DNA from: Candidatus Micrarchaeia archaeon
Lineage (GTDB): Archaea; Micrarchaeota; Micrarchaeia; Burarchaeales; Fermentimicrarchaeaceae
Length of the DNA: 64,000 bases
Direction of reading: 5' to 3'
NCBI GenBank assembly: GCA_038871515.1
Contig: JAVZHX010000004.1
Location: forward strand, 1 to 64,000
In this document: positions 9,668 to 18,187 of the stretch, piece by piece
Layout of the letters: each line of letters starts with the position of its first letter
How positions within the stretch are numbered: position 1 is the stretch's first letter
Notes under the pieces: generated by a model
Databases searched by the model: none
Told to the model about the DNA's origin: nothing
What the model saw: only the letters and a program-made list of their open reading frames with translations
Position numbers and translations under genes: made by a program

Positions 9668-10315
9668 ATGCGCAGAATGCAGATAAGTGTTGATTTTCTC
9701 ATTATAGGAGTATTCGCATTCATCATATTCTTTGAGTTATTTCAGCTTTACTATATCGAAACTGACTCTGCCGGAATACTCGAAAGCAGAGCGAGTGCTA
9801 TGAGAATTGCAAGTATCGTAGCTAGAGCGATAAATGAAGTTGGAAAAGCAAATGAAACAAGCATGGTTGTAACTATCCCGGAAACTTTGGATACTGGAGA
9901 TACCTATCATATGAGCATAAAGGCATCGGGCAGGAGAGTTGATGTTTTCTGGCCCATTTCAACCCAGAACAGAAGCATTGCTGTTCCACTGCTGACGAGC
10001 AATGTAACAGAGCTTGATATTCCTAAAACTGCTGGTTCTGGCTTAACAACCTTGCGTTTGATAAATTTAAACGGGAAGGTTAACATATCTATAATAAATG
10101 TGTGCGGTGATGGAGTCTGCACAAGCGGTGAGAACTGCCAGAACTGTGCAGCAGATTGCAGCTGCTACTGCGGAGATGGGGTTTGCACCTCTGGGGAGGA
10201 CTGTAACAACTGTGCAGCAGACTGCGGATGCCCCGCACCCACGCACTGTTGCAACTGCCCCAGTATTGGATATATATGCATATTTGGCGCATGTCCTGGC
10301 GGCTGTCCTCTCTAA
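9668..10315 (+). CDS. Type IV pilin-like protein (class III signal) with Cys-rich tail
   Basis: MRRM/QISVDFLIIGVFAFIIFF; C-terminal CGDG repeats. Confidence 0.75.
   Translation: MRRMQISVDFLIIGVFAFIIFFELFQLYYIETDSAGILESRASAMRIASIVARAINEVGKANETSMVVTIPETLDTGDTYHMSIKASGRRVDVFWPISTQNRSIAVPLLTSNVTELDIPKTAGSGLTTLRLINLNGKVNISIINVCGDGVCTSGENCQNCAADCSCYCGDGVCTSGEDCNNCAADCGCPAPTHCCNCPSIGYICIFGACPGGCPL
10103..10231 (+). repeat. 129-bp copy 2 of the Cys-rich module
   Basis: Near-identical to 9385-9513. Confidence 0.9.
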
Positions 10316-10351
10316 GCTACATTTTAATATTCTCATCACAAATATTAACAC

Positions 10352-10891
10352 ATGAGAAAAGCCCAGCTGTTCAGTCAGGACATTATTTTTGCAATAATCC
10401 TCGCGCTCTTCCTCCTTTCAATGTGGTTTGTATTAAGGGATAGGGTTCTTCATTCCATATCAACCAGTAACGATAGAACTCTTATTGATGAAGCAGCCTC
10501 AAATGCACTGAGTCAGTTGCTTGAAACAAGTGGAAACCCATCAAACTGGAATAAACTGGGGATTATAAACGATAATACGGTGTGGAGCATAGGTTTGGTT
10601 AGTGAAAGAAACGTAATTGATTCGGAAAAGCTTGAAAAATTTGTTGATCTATCAAACGGTGATAACTACACAACCATAAAGAGGTTTATTGGGTTGGAGA
10701 GAGAGAGTTACGAGTTCAACTTCACAGTTTACTCGCTTGATGGTTCAGTTTTATACAATACAACCCGCTCCCCCTCTGCGAGCTATGGGAATGCAAGTTA
10801 TTCTACGATGAATACAACTGCATTGGTTGAGAGGTATGCACTGCTCAATAATTCATTAGTTAAACTTCGTTTGGGTGTTTGGATTGAATAA
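10352..10891 (+). CDS. Type IV pilin-like protein (class III signal)
   Basis: MRKA/QLFSQDIIFAIILALFLL; LLETSGNPSNW segment typical of archaeal minor pilins. Confidence 0.8.
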   Translation: MRKAQLFSQDIIFAIILALFLLSMWFVLRDRVLHSISTSNDRTLIDEAASNALSQLLETSGNPSNWNKLGIINDNTVWSIGLVSERNVIDSEKLEKFVDLSNGDNYTTIKRFIGLERESYEFNFTVYSLDGSVLYNTTRSPSASYGNASYSTMNTTALVERYALLNNSLVKLRLGVWIE

Positions 10892-11300
10892 AGCATTTAT
10901 ATTCACATTGGATGCGATTCTTGCTTTGATACTATGCTCTTTACTCTTCCTTCTAACTTATTCGCTGCTTGTGAAGTTCCAATACGCCGGGGTGAGAGAA
11001 ACTGCTCTCCGAGATATTTCCTCGGACATACTCACTTCTTTTGAGAAGAATGGAACTCTTCAGAATTCGGTGCGTTACTCCCGTACATCTGAAATACAGG
11101 ATGTGCTGAACAACATTTCAGCAACAATCTGCCCGATGATCACTGTTTACTCCCCCATGAATACTCCAATTCTAACTACAATGCGAGCAGACTGCAACTG
11201 CACAGGAAGTCGCTCCGTAGTGGTGAGAAGCTTTGTGCTTCCAGAAAGTAATGGAACACTTTCAAAATATATAGCTAAAATGGAGACGTGTTATAAATGA
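10884..11300 (+). CDS. Type IV pilin-like protein (class III signal)
   Basis: MNKA/FIFTLDAILALIL; likely TTG start at 10884. Confidence 0.75.
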   Translation: MNKAFIFTLDAILALILCSLLFLLTYSLLVKFQYAGVRETALRDISSDILTSFEKNGTLQNSVRYSRTSEIQDVLNNISATICPMITVYSPMNTPILTTMRADCNCTGSRSVVVRSFVLPESNGTLSKYIAKMETCYK

Positions 11301-12985
11301 GAAAAGCATTCCTCTTCACAGTTATTTTCGTTCTCCTCTTCACAACATTCCTGCTACTTTCAGTTTTCTACCTGAGAATGATTCAGATGAATGAGCTCAG
11401 CATTGCTCAAACAAAGAACACCACTAGAATTATATACGTTTTGGATGATGTGAAAACAGATCTGCTTAACTTCCTTGAGCTTTCTTTAAATATTGAGAGT
11501 AACTCAACTCACACAATCCTTAATATTTCAGATGTTTTACCGGCTCTCTACGCAAACCCTATCGGCTCACTTGCGGAGTACAAAAGTTTTATGAATGGAA
11601 CTTATTCAAATCAAACGAACCTGCTTAACCCAGCCACCAACCTTTCAACACTTTTCATAAATACGAGCAGTTTTGAGAGCTCACCATCCATTCTTTTCGT
11701 AAACTCGGACTCATCTTTGAATATGCAGTATAAATACAATAACTTGAGCAAGAATGAGCTTGTGGTGAATGGTTCTAACCTTGTCAGAAGTTATTCCATC
11801 GCTATGAAGCTGAACCGCACATGCGCGGGTGGAAACTGTGCTAATGCTACTTTAGGTGGAGGGCAACCAAAAGTTGATAATTCAACAAGAGCATTGTGGC
11901 ATTTTGATGAGGAAAGTGGAACAACCGTTTATGACAGCTCGGGAAATGGCAATACTGGAAATTTCTACGGGACTCCAAGCCGTGTTGGTGGCAGGTTTCT
12001 GGCTGCGCTGCAGTTCGTTGCATCTGATCATGACCACGTGGTAGTTAACGATTCCAATAGTTTGGACATAACTGGAAGCTTTACAGTTGAACTCTGGTTC
12101 AGGCAACCGGACGTGACCTCACTTGCCTGGCTGTTGAACAAGGCAAATACTACGAACCATAATGATAGCAATTATGCGATATGGATAGACGCTGATAATA
12201 AGATCCGAGGGAGTATCGCAGATGGTGCTGGTGACCAGAATCTCACGAGCACAACCATCGTGCAACCCAACAGATGGTACCATGTCGCATTTACAGCTGA
12301 TGGGACGACACTGAAGATTTATATAAATGGCGTCTTGGAGAACTCCACCTATCAAACAATCACTCCGGCTGCAAACAGCTTGGATTTGCTCATAGGCGCG
12401 CGGAGCACAACTGCGATGTATCATTTCAACGGAACAATAGACGAAGTTGCAATCTATTCAAGAGCAAAGTCAGCTGAGGAGATAGCTGCCGATGCTAATC
12501 TTTTTCACTGGGACTGGGGTCCTATTGCAATAAACAACAATCTCTCAGCAGCATGGCATTTCAATGAGGGAACGGGGAATTTTACATATGACAGCTCAGG
12601 AAACAGCAATATGATAACTTTCACTGGAAGTGAGACAATCATCCTCACACCAAGTAGCATCCACAAGGCGTATAACATCAACTCAACATACGCGGATGAC
12701 CCCTTCCTCGCAACTGCGGAGATGAACTACTCAAAAATTGACGAGAGCGATGATATCCGAGAAAGTTCATCAGCTTCATATTCCAACACACTCACAAGAC
12801 CTTGCCAGGCAGCTGGAACCTGCAGCTGCACAGGTTCAGAAATAATGTGCTGGACTTTTGAAGCCTGCGTGGCTTCCAATTGTGGGTACACATGCCCAGC
12901 TGTTGGAAACGCATCCAACACTGGCAACTCCTGCACGATAAGCGCAAGCGGCTGCAGCCAGGGGTGTGCGTATTGTGCTGAATAG
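11297..12985 (+). CDS. Pilin-like adhesin with one complete LamG (ConA-like) domain, the start of a second, and a Cys-rich tail
   Basis: MRKA/FLFTVIF; WHFDE..DSSGNGN...WYHVAFT...FNGTIDEVAIYSRA; second WHFNEGTG..DSSGNSN not completed. Confidence 0.8.
   Translation: MRKAFLFTVIFVLLFTTFLLLSVFYLRMIQMNELSIAQTKNTTRIIYVLDDVKTDLLNFLELSLNIESNSTHTILNISDVLPALYANPIGSLAEYKSFMNGTYSNQTNLLNPATNLSTLFINTSSFESSPSILFVNSDSSLNMQYKYNNLSKNELVVNGSNLVRSYSIAMKLNRTCAGGNCANATLGGGQPKVDNSTRALWHFDEESGTTVYDSSGNGNTGNFYGTPSRVGGRFLAALQFVASDHDHVVVNDSNSLDITGSFTVELWFRQPDVTSLAWLLNKANTTNHNDSNYAIWIDADNKIRGSIADGAGDQNLTSTTIVQPNRWYHVAFTADGTTLKIYINGVLENSTYQTITPAANSLDLLIGARSTTAMYHFNGTIDEVAIYSRAKSAEEIAADANLFHWDWGPIAINNNLSAAWHFNEGTGNFTYDSSGNSNMITFTGSETIILTPSSIHKAYNINSTYADDPFLATAEMNYSKIDESDDIRESSSASYSNTLTRPCQAAGTCSCTGSEIMCWTFEACVASNCGYTCPAVGNASNTGNSCTISASGCSQGCAYCAE
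12431..12480 (+). repeat. 50-bp perfect direct repeat, copy 1 (encodes GTIDEVAIYSRAKSAE)
   Basis: Identical to 13981-14030. Confidence 0.9.
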
Positions 12986-12993
12986 GTGAACAG

Positions 12994-14358
12994 ATGAGGT
13001 TGAAATTTGTGTTTGTTCTGTTTGCGCTGTTTTTCATAGCGGTGTTCACGCATGCTTACTCCACCTGCTGTAATCCAGCTGGCACATGCACATGCACCTC
13101 ATATGGAAGCTGCTCGTATACCTGCAACTCTGGTTTCTACAACTGTGATGGAAACTCAGCTAATGGATGTGAGTCAGACACCCCTTGCAATCAGTACACA
13201 TTCCAGAGGTTTACATTTGATCTATCTGATTATAATCTAAATGAAATAATCTCAATGAAATACTGTTTTGAAGGGTATTACACCGGTTCTGGAACTGCAA
13301 AGTTGCAATACTACAATGTCACTTCTGCCTCCTGGGTTGATGACCAAAGCTTAGATACTTCTGAATCAGTTAAGTGCAAGACGTTTACTACTGGTCTAGA
13401 GGATGTGGTAAATCAAACATCAAAAATCTTCCAATTTGCAGCAAGAGGGTATACTGGCAGCAGCGGTAGCGTTGTGATCTATACGGATAACGTTAATCTT
13501 ACACTTTCCCGCTCCGCAGCTCCCGCGGTTGTTGAATGGGTGGATGGAGCATACGGAAGCGCCATTCTTTTTGATGGTTCTAATTATATCACAAGCGAGG
13601 ATTCACCCAGCTTGGATATGGTTAACCAGCTCACAATTGAAGCATGGGTGAGGCCAAGCACAGTAAATCCAGCTGCGATCTACCAGACAATACTCCATAA
13701 GGGCAACTCCTCAGCTGAAAATTACGGGCTATATCTAAAAAATGATGAGTTATATTTCGAATGGATAAATGGCGGGACGTATTCCGCTGAAACAACAGAA
13801 GCTAATCTGCAACCCGATGCTTGGTCTCATGTGGCAGCTGTTTTCAATTACTCAGGAAATTCCATCAAATTATACGTTAACGGTGAGGAAAAAGGTATCT
13901 CCTCAACACCAGCAGCCCTCCTTCCAAATGAATTTCCGCTTGCGATAGGAGGGCACGGAAGTGGAGCTTATTACTTCAATGGAACAATAGACGAAGTTGC
14001 AATCTATTCAAGAGCAAAGTCAGCTGAGGAAATATACGCGGATGCCCACCCATTATATATCTCACTTGACGTTAGGGATGCGCTTAACAACTCAGTCAGC
14101 ATAGGAGGAGCGAGTTCGGGCTACATAAACCCGGGGGGGAACAACACATTCCACTTGAAGCTTGATGGGGGGAGCTTAAATGTAACCGCAGGTGATTACT
14201 CTGGTTTATATTCACTCAGAATCTACTCAAATAGCACCAGAGCAAATCTACTTATAAAAACAGTTCAGGAAGGAGTTTCAAGCATAAAAGCAATTCTCCC
14301 AGTTCAAGTTACAATATACGGACAGCTGTTCCGCAACCTTATTCTGGCTGAGAAGTAA
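12994..14358 (+). CDS. Secreted protein with Cys-rich N-terminus and a LamG domain lacking its first strands
   Basis: AGGTGA RBS; signal peptide MRLKFVFVLFALFFIAVFTHA; CNSGFYNCDGNSANGCE; WVDGAYGSAILFDG...TIEAWVRP...WSHVAAV. Confidence 0.8.
   Translation: MRLKFVFVLFALFFIAVFTHAYSTCCNPAGTCTCTSYGSCSYTCNSGFYNCDGNSANGCESDTPCNQYTFQRFTFDLSDYNLNEIISMKYCFEGYYTGSGTAKLQYYNVTSASWVDDQSLDTSESVKCKTFTTGLEDVVNQTSKIFQFAARGYTGSSGSVVIYTDNVNLTLSRSAAPAVVEWVDGAYGSAILFDGSNYITSEDSPSLDMVNQLTIEAWVRPSTVNPAAIYQTILHKGNSSAENYGLYLKNDELYFEWINGGTYSAETTEANLQPDAWSHVAAVFNYSGNSIKLYVNGEEKGISSTPAALLPNEFPLAIGGHGSGAYYFNGTIDEVAIYSRAKSAEEIYADAHPLYISLDVRDALNNSVSIGGASSGYINPGGNNTFHLKLDGGSLNVTAGDYSGLYSLRIYSNSTRANLLIKTVQEGVSSIKAILPVQVTIYGQLFRNLILAEK
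13981..14030 (+). repeat. 50-bp perfect direct repeat, copy 2
   Basis: Identical to 12431-12480. Confidence 0.9.
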
Positions 14359-15357
14359 TTATTTGACTGAAACAAGAAGAGCTTTCAGCACGTAGTTATG
14401 CATGAGCAGGAAAACCAATAATGAAATTATAACAAGGTAAGGAGCATACCTCAACCCATTCAACTCCTTTCCATCGTGTATTACTCCAATAAGCATGCTG
14501 ACGCAAACTGAAGTTACCACAAGGGTGAACAGCGAGATGCTGTAGAGAAAATCTGCAGAGATGGGTGTACCCATTCCCAGCCCAACTTCCGAGGTGAGCG
14601 AGGTGCGCGCGCTTTTCTCCTGAAGGGAGCTTATCAAGCTAACAAACTCAATTGAAATTGAAAGCAGAGTTGGCATGCCAACAAGCAACGCGAAGAGAAT
14701 GAAAACAATATACATGTTTGTTCCTGCAATGAGCTGCCTTCTTAACTCCTGGCTTTCCAAGATGTCATCGGCTGCATTCTCAAGAAGCACAGCAAGACTG
14801 CCCCCTGACCTCATGCTAACAACGAAAAGCGCAACTGTTCTCTCCAAAACTTCTGATTTTATTCTCTTTGACATTTCTTTCAGCGCATCTGTGAATGATT
14901 CTATCCCAAGTGACTTGGCGGTGACGTACCTCACCTCTTCCTCCAAAGGACCGAACTCCGAGCGCGCAGCAGTTCTCAGCGCAGCAAGAGGTGTTAAGCC
15001 AGCCCGTATGTTCGCTGCAATGAGTTGCAATGCATCAGGAAGCACATTCTCAATTCTCTTCCTTCTGTCTTCAACTCTGAAGTGAAGAACAAGGTAGAGG
15101 GTGAGGAGGGTGAAGGCAAATGCCCCTAACCCAACGAGCAGCAGCGTTGCAAGGGCGGTTACCTCAAGAATCACCCATGCAAAAAGCAGCGTTGCAACTC
15201 CAAAGAGGAGGGAGAGCAGAAGCACAGAGCCGAACCAGGCTCTTGCATCCATCTCAACTCCCGAGTAATCAAGCATCTCCTCAATGTGTTTGTTAATTCT
15301 CCTAGGGGTGAGCTTGCCAAAAACGTAGTAAAGTTTTCTTATGCTTCTAACATCCAT
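14359..15357 (-). CDS. Type II/IV secretion system F-domain (TadC/PilC-like) membrane platform protein
   Basis: RIENVLPDALQLIAANIRAG, FGPLEEE, SGGSLAVLLE, several TM helices. Confidence 0.9.
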   Translation of the reverse strand: MDVRSIRKLYYVFGKLTPRRINKHIEEMLDYSGVEMDARAWFGSVLLLSLLFGVATLLFAWVILEVTALATLLLVGLGAFAFTLLTLYLVLHFRVEDRRKRIENVLPDALQLIAANIRAGLTPLAALRTAARSEFGPLEEEVRYVTAKSLGIESFTDALKEMSKRIKSEVLERTVALFVVSMRSGGSLAVLLENAADDILESQELRRQLIAGTNMYIVFILFALLVGMPTLLSISIEFVSLISSLQEKSARTSLTSEVGLGMGTPISADFLYSISLFTLVVTSVCVSMLIGVIHDGKELNGLRYAPYLVIISLLVFLLMHNYVLKALLVSVK

Positions 15358-15361
15358 TCCA

Positions 15362-16252
15362 TCACATCTGCGTCACAGGCCTTCTTGACTTTATGAACTC
15401 TATAAGCGCAAATTCACAAAGAATGCAGAAAACAATGAGGGAGAGGATGAAACCCTCAGTCACCGATATTCCTCCAAACGTTGAGAGAATAACCAGAAGA
15501 GTTATACCTAAACTCGGCACCGCCACGGCAATTATAATGAAAAGCAGCACCCAAAGGTTGAGCTCGTATGTGTATGATTTAATTTGTGAATACTGGTACT
15601 GCTGCAAGTTTTTTATAACGCTTTTCAAAGCAGCTTGCAAGCTTGCGCCTGATTTGAACGCGGTTAGCATTTGGCGTATTGTTCTTCTGAGAAACTCTGA
15701 CTCAGTTCTCATAGCCATCTTCTCAAGCGCTGTCTCCTGCATCTCCCCTGCGTTTATTTCCTGAACAGTTCTCCTGAACTCCCTTGAAACAGCTCCGTAA
15801 CCTGATTTTGAGATGTTCACCATTGCGTCAAATAATGGAACGCCTGAGCTTATCTGGAGGAGCAAATCCTTCAACGCATAAACCAAATCCCTGTCAACGT
15901 CCTCAACTATTTTTCTTGCCAAAACTCTTGGGTAATACATGAAGAACGCAAAGAAGACGAGGAAAACAAGGAAACCTGAAATGAAAATCCATCTTTGCTG
16001 TGTTATGAAGTTTCTCAGCTCATCCAACGAGGAAAGCGCAAGGGAGAGCTGCTGGGAGGTGATGCTTCCCCTTCCGTAGCTCAGCAGAAAAATGAGAAGG
16101 GCAATTAAAACGCCCCATGCAAGTGAATTGAGAATTGAAATCGCGATGTATTCTCCTTTCTCCACATCGCTCCCAATCATCTTCAAATCATACTCCAAAC
16201 CAGGGACGATGTAGCTTATTTTATTGCCAACTCCAATAAGCGCTCTCCCCAA
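15362..16252 (-). CDS. Second T2SS-F (TadC-like) membrane platform protein; may start slightly further upstream
   Basis: DRDLVYALKDLLLQISSGVPLFDAM, YGAVSREF, SGASL. Confidence 0.9.
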   Translation of the reverse strand: MGRALIGVGNKISYIVPGLEYDLKMIGSDVEKGEYIAISILNSLAWGVLIALLIFLLSYGRGSITSQQLSLALSSLDELRNFITQQRWIFISGFLVFLVFFAFFMYYPRVLARKIVEDVDRDLVYALKDLLLQISSGVPLFDAMVNISKSGYGAVSREFRRTVQEINAGEMQETALEKMAMRTESEFLRRTIRQMLTAFKSGASLQAALKSVIKNLQQYQYSQIKSYTYELNLWVLLFIIIAVAVPSLGITLLVILSTFGGISVTEGFILSLIVFCILCEFALIEFIKSRRPVTQM

Positions 16253-16306
16253 CCCTTTTGAAACTCTTTCAGGAATTATGAAGAACAGCAGCTTTATGGT
16301 AACACC

Positions 16307-18070
16307 CTACAGAACTTTATCCAAATTCAAATCCTGTTCAGCGGCCTTCAGCACAACCTCGGGAGTTTTGTAATAAACTCCAACAACCGCTCCAACCTCG
16401 TCTATACTCCTTATTCCCTTCCTTTTCATCCACTCCAAAATTTTCATTTTTTCCTTTATATCCTTCTTTATCTCCTCGCTTGTCATCCCTGTATGGAGGT
16501 TCAAATCCTCAAGTATTCTCACGCTTTCGTTAACCGGCTCAAATGAATCTGTCCTTGCTTTCCATTTGAAAATTGTATTTAATGTAACTGCTTCAACAGG
16601 GGAGACAACCAGCTCGGCAATTTCGTAAACTCTCCTTATTTCTTTCCTTCTATCCCTGTATTGAACAACGATGAGCTGCAGTGACTCCAGCTCAGTCATC
16701 GGAAGCTCAATTGGCGGGTGGGTTAACCTCCTCAATGCCTGTGCAGCAGTGTCTGCGTGCATTGTTGAGCAAACTGCGTGTCCTGTGTGCATTGCCTCAA
16801 AAAGCACTTCTGCCTCCCTCCTCCTCCTTATCTCACCAACAATAATTCTATCAGGCCTCATTCTCAGTGAAGCAAGCATCAAATCAAGCATTCTAACCTC
16901 ACCTTTTCCTTCTGGATTTGGGTTTCTTGTTGTCAACGGCACCCAGTTCCATTTCAAGTAGTTTGGCAGGGAGAGCTCCCTTGTGTCCTCAATTGTGATT
17001 GTCCTGTTGCTTGGAGGTATCAGGCTGCAAAGAGTGTTGAGGGTGCTTGTTTTTCCTGAGGCGGTTCCCCCAACAATCAACATGTTCACCTCATACTGCA
17101 TGCAAAGCCAGAGGAAAGCAGCCATTTCATTTGAAAGAGTGTTCATCTTTTCGCTCACAAAGTCAACAAGCGTCCATGGGTTTCTTGAAAACCTTCTTAT
17201 TGTTATGGTGTTTCCGTAGCTTGAGATTGGAAAGAGGGTTGCGTTTGCCCTGTCCCCTGTTGGGAGATGGGCGTCAAGTATTGGCGAAAGAAGTGTTATC
17301 TCCCTTCCAGCTTTCCTTCCAATCTGGGCTGCGTAGTTGTATATCTCCTCCTCAGATTCCAATCTAAGATTGGTTTTCATCCATCCGTGCTTTCTGTGGT
17401 AAACCGAAATTGGGACAGAGGAGCCGTTCACCGCAACCTCCTCAAGCCAGTCGTCTGCCATTAATACTTCAATGTCGCCAAGCCCGTACATTCTGTGAAG
17501 CAGAATACCAGCAAGAACCTTTCTCTTCTCCTCATCCAAACCAGGTATCTCCTCAGAAAGTTTTTTGAAAGCAGCGTTGTAGAATTTGTCCCTCACATCG
17601 CCAAATTTTCTTACGTCAGTTATCTCCTCGCTTTGAACTGTTATAACCTTCGCAAGCTCATCCCTTAAATAATCCATAAATGCCTTTGTATAAGGACCGA
17701 GTTTGGGTGGCGAAAGGAAATAAACAGCTCTGCTTTCACCTTTTACATCCATTATCGAGATGTTTGACGGAACGTGGTTAACCTCCACGCGGTAGCTCTC
17801 CAAAACTTTTCCAGCAGGGGCAGCTTTTTCTTCTCCTGCAAGCCTGTTTTTCAGCTTCAACTGCAGCTTCTGAAATACGTTGACTGGGTAGATCACCTCA
17901 AGAATCCCTTTCTCCTGCAGCACCTTGCCAATTCTCTCAAGGTGCGCCTGCTCAACCCCAAATTTTGCTGCCAGAGCAGGCAGCTCAGCAGTTTGTTCTT
18001 TTTCTGAAGCGAGCGCTTCGCATATCTCATCAATTTTGGTTGTTATTACCTCAAAAGTTTCCTCTGCCAT
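16307..18070 (-). CDS. Type IV pilus assembly ATPase (TadA/CpaF/VirB11 family)
   Basis: Walker A GGTASGKTS, IEDTRE, RMRPDRIIVGEIR, HTGH. Confidence 0.95.
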   Translation of the reverse strand: MAEETFEVITTKIDEICEALASEKEQTAELPALAAKFGVEQAHLERIGKVLQEKGILEVIYPVNVFQKLQLKLKNRLAGEEKAAPAGKVLESYRVEVNHVPSNISIMDVKGESRAVYFLSPPKLGPYTKAFMDYLRDELAKVITVQSEEITDVRKFGDVRDKFYNAAFKKLSEEIPGLDEEKRKVLAGILLHRMYGLGDIEVLMADDWLEEVAVNGSSVPISVYHRKHGWMKTNLRLESEEEIYNYAAQIGRKAGREITLLSPILDAHLPTGDRANATLFPISSYGNTITIRRFSRNPWTLVDFVSEKMNTLSNEMAAFLWLCMQYEVNMLIVGGTASGKTSTLNTLCSLIPPSNRTITIEDTRELSLPNYLKWNWVPLTTRNPNPEGKGEVRMLDLMLASLRMRPDRIIVGEIRRRREAEVLFEAMHTGHAVCSTMHADTAAQALRRLTHPPIELPMTELESLQLIVVQYRDRRKEIRRVYEIAELVVSPVEAVTLNTIFKWKARTDSFEPVNESVRILEDLNLHTGMTSEEIKKDIKEKMKILEWMKRKGIRSIDEVGAVVGVYYKTPEVVLKAAEQDLNLDKVL

Positions 18071-18187
18071 GTTAGGAATTTTCCTCCCTCAATATAAAAA
18101 GGTATTGCTGTTGTTGCAGTTAATGCTTTCTTGCTGGAAACCGCAAGCTTTAAAAAGAAAAGCAGCTTAAAACTCACCTAGCGACCA
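18071..18187. promoter_or_regulatory. Divergent promoter region between the pilus ATPase operon and the fibre operon
   Basis: Minus-strand TTTATATT at about 18091-18098; plus-strand purine-rich BRE then TTTAAAAA at about 18149-18156. Confidence 0.5.

Noticed and set aside
9385..10231. Diversity-generating retroelement TR/VR pair
   Set aside because: Both copies are coding, the differences are not adenine-specific (e.g. tgt/tgc, agt/tct, ggg/gga), and no reverse transcriptase is in the window.
12983..12996. Stop-codon readthrough or sequencing frameshift joining the two LamG genes
   Set aside because: The frames differ, and the second gene has its own RBS and a full signal peptide.
14359..18070. 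Archaellum (ArlI/ArlJ) operon
   Set aside because: There are two short TadC-like genes rather than one ArlJ, and no ArlH or archaellins; a type IV pilus fits better.
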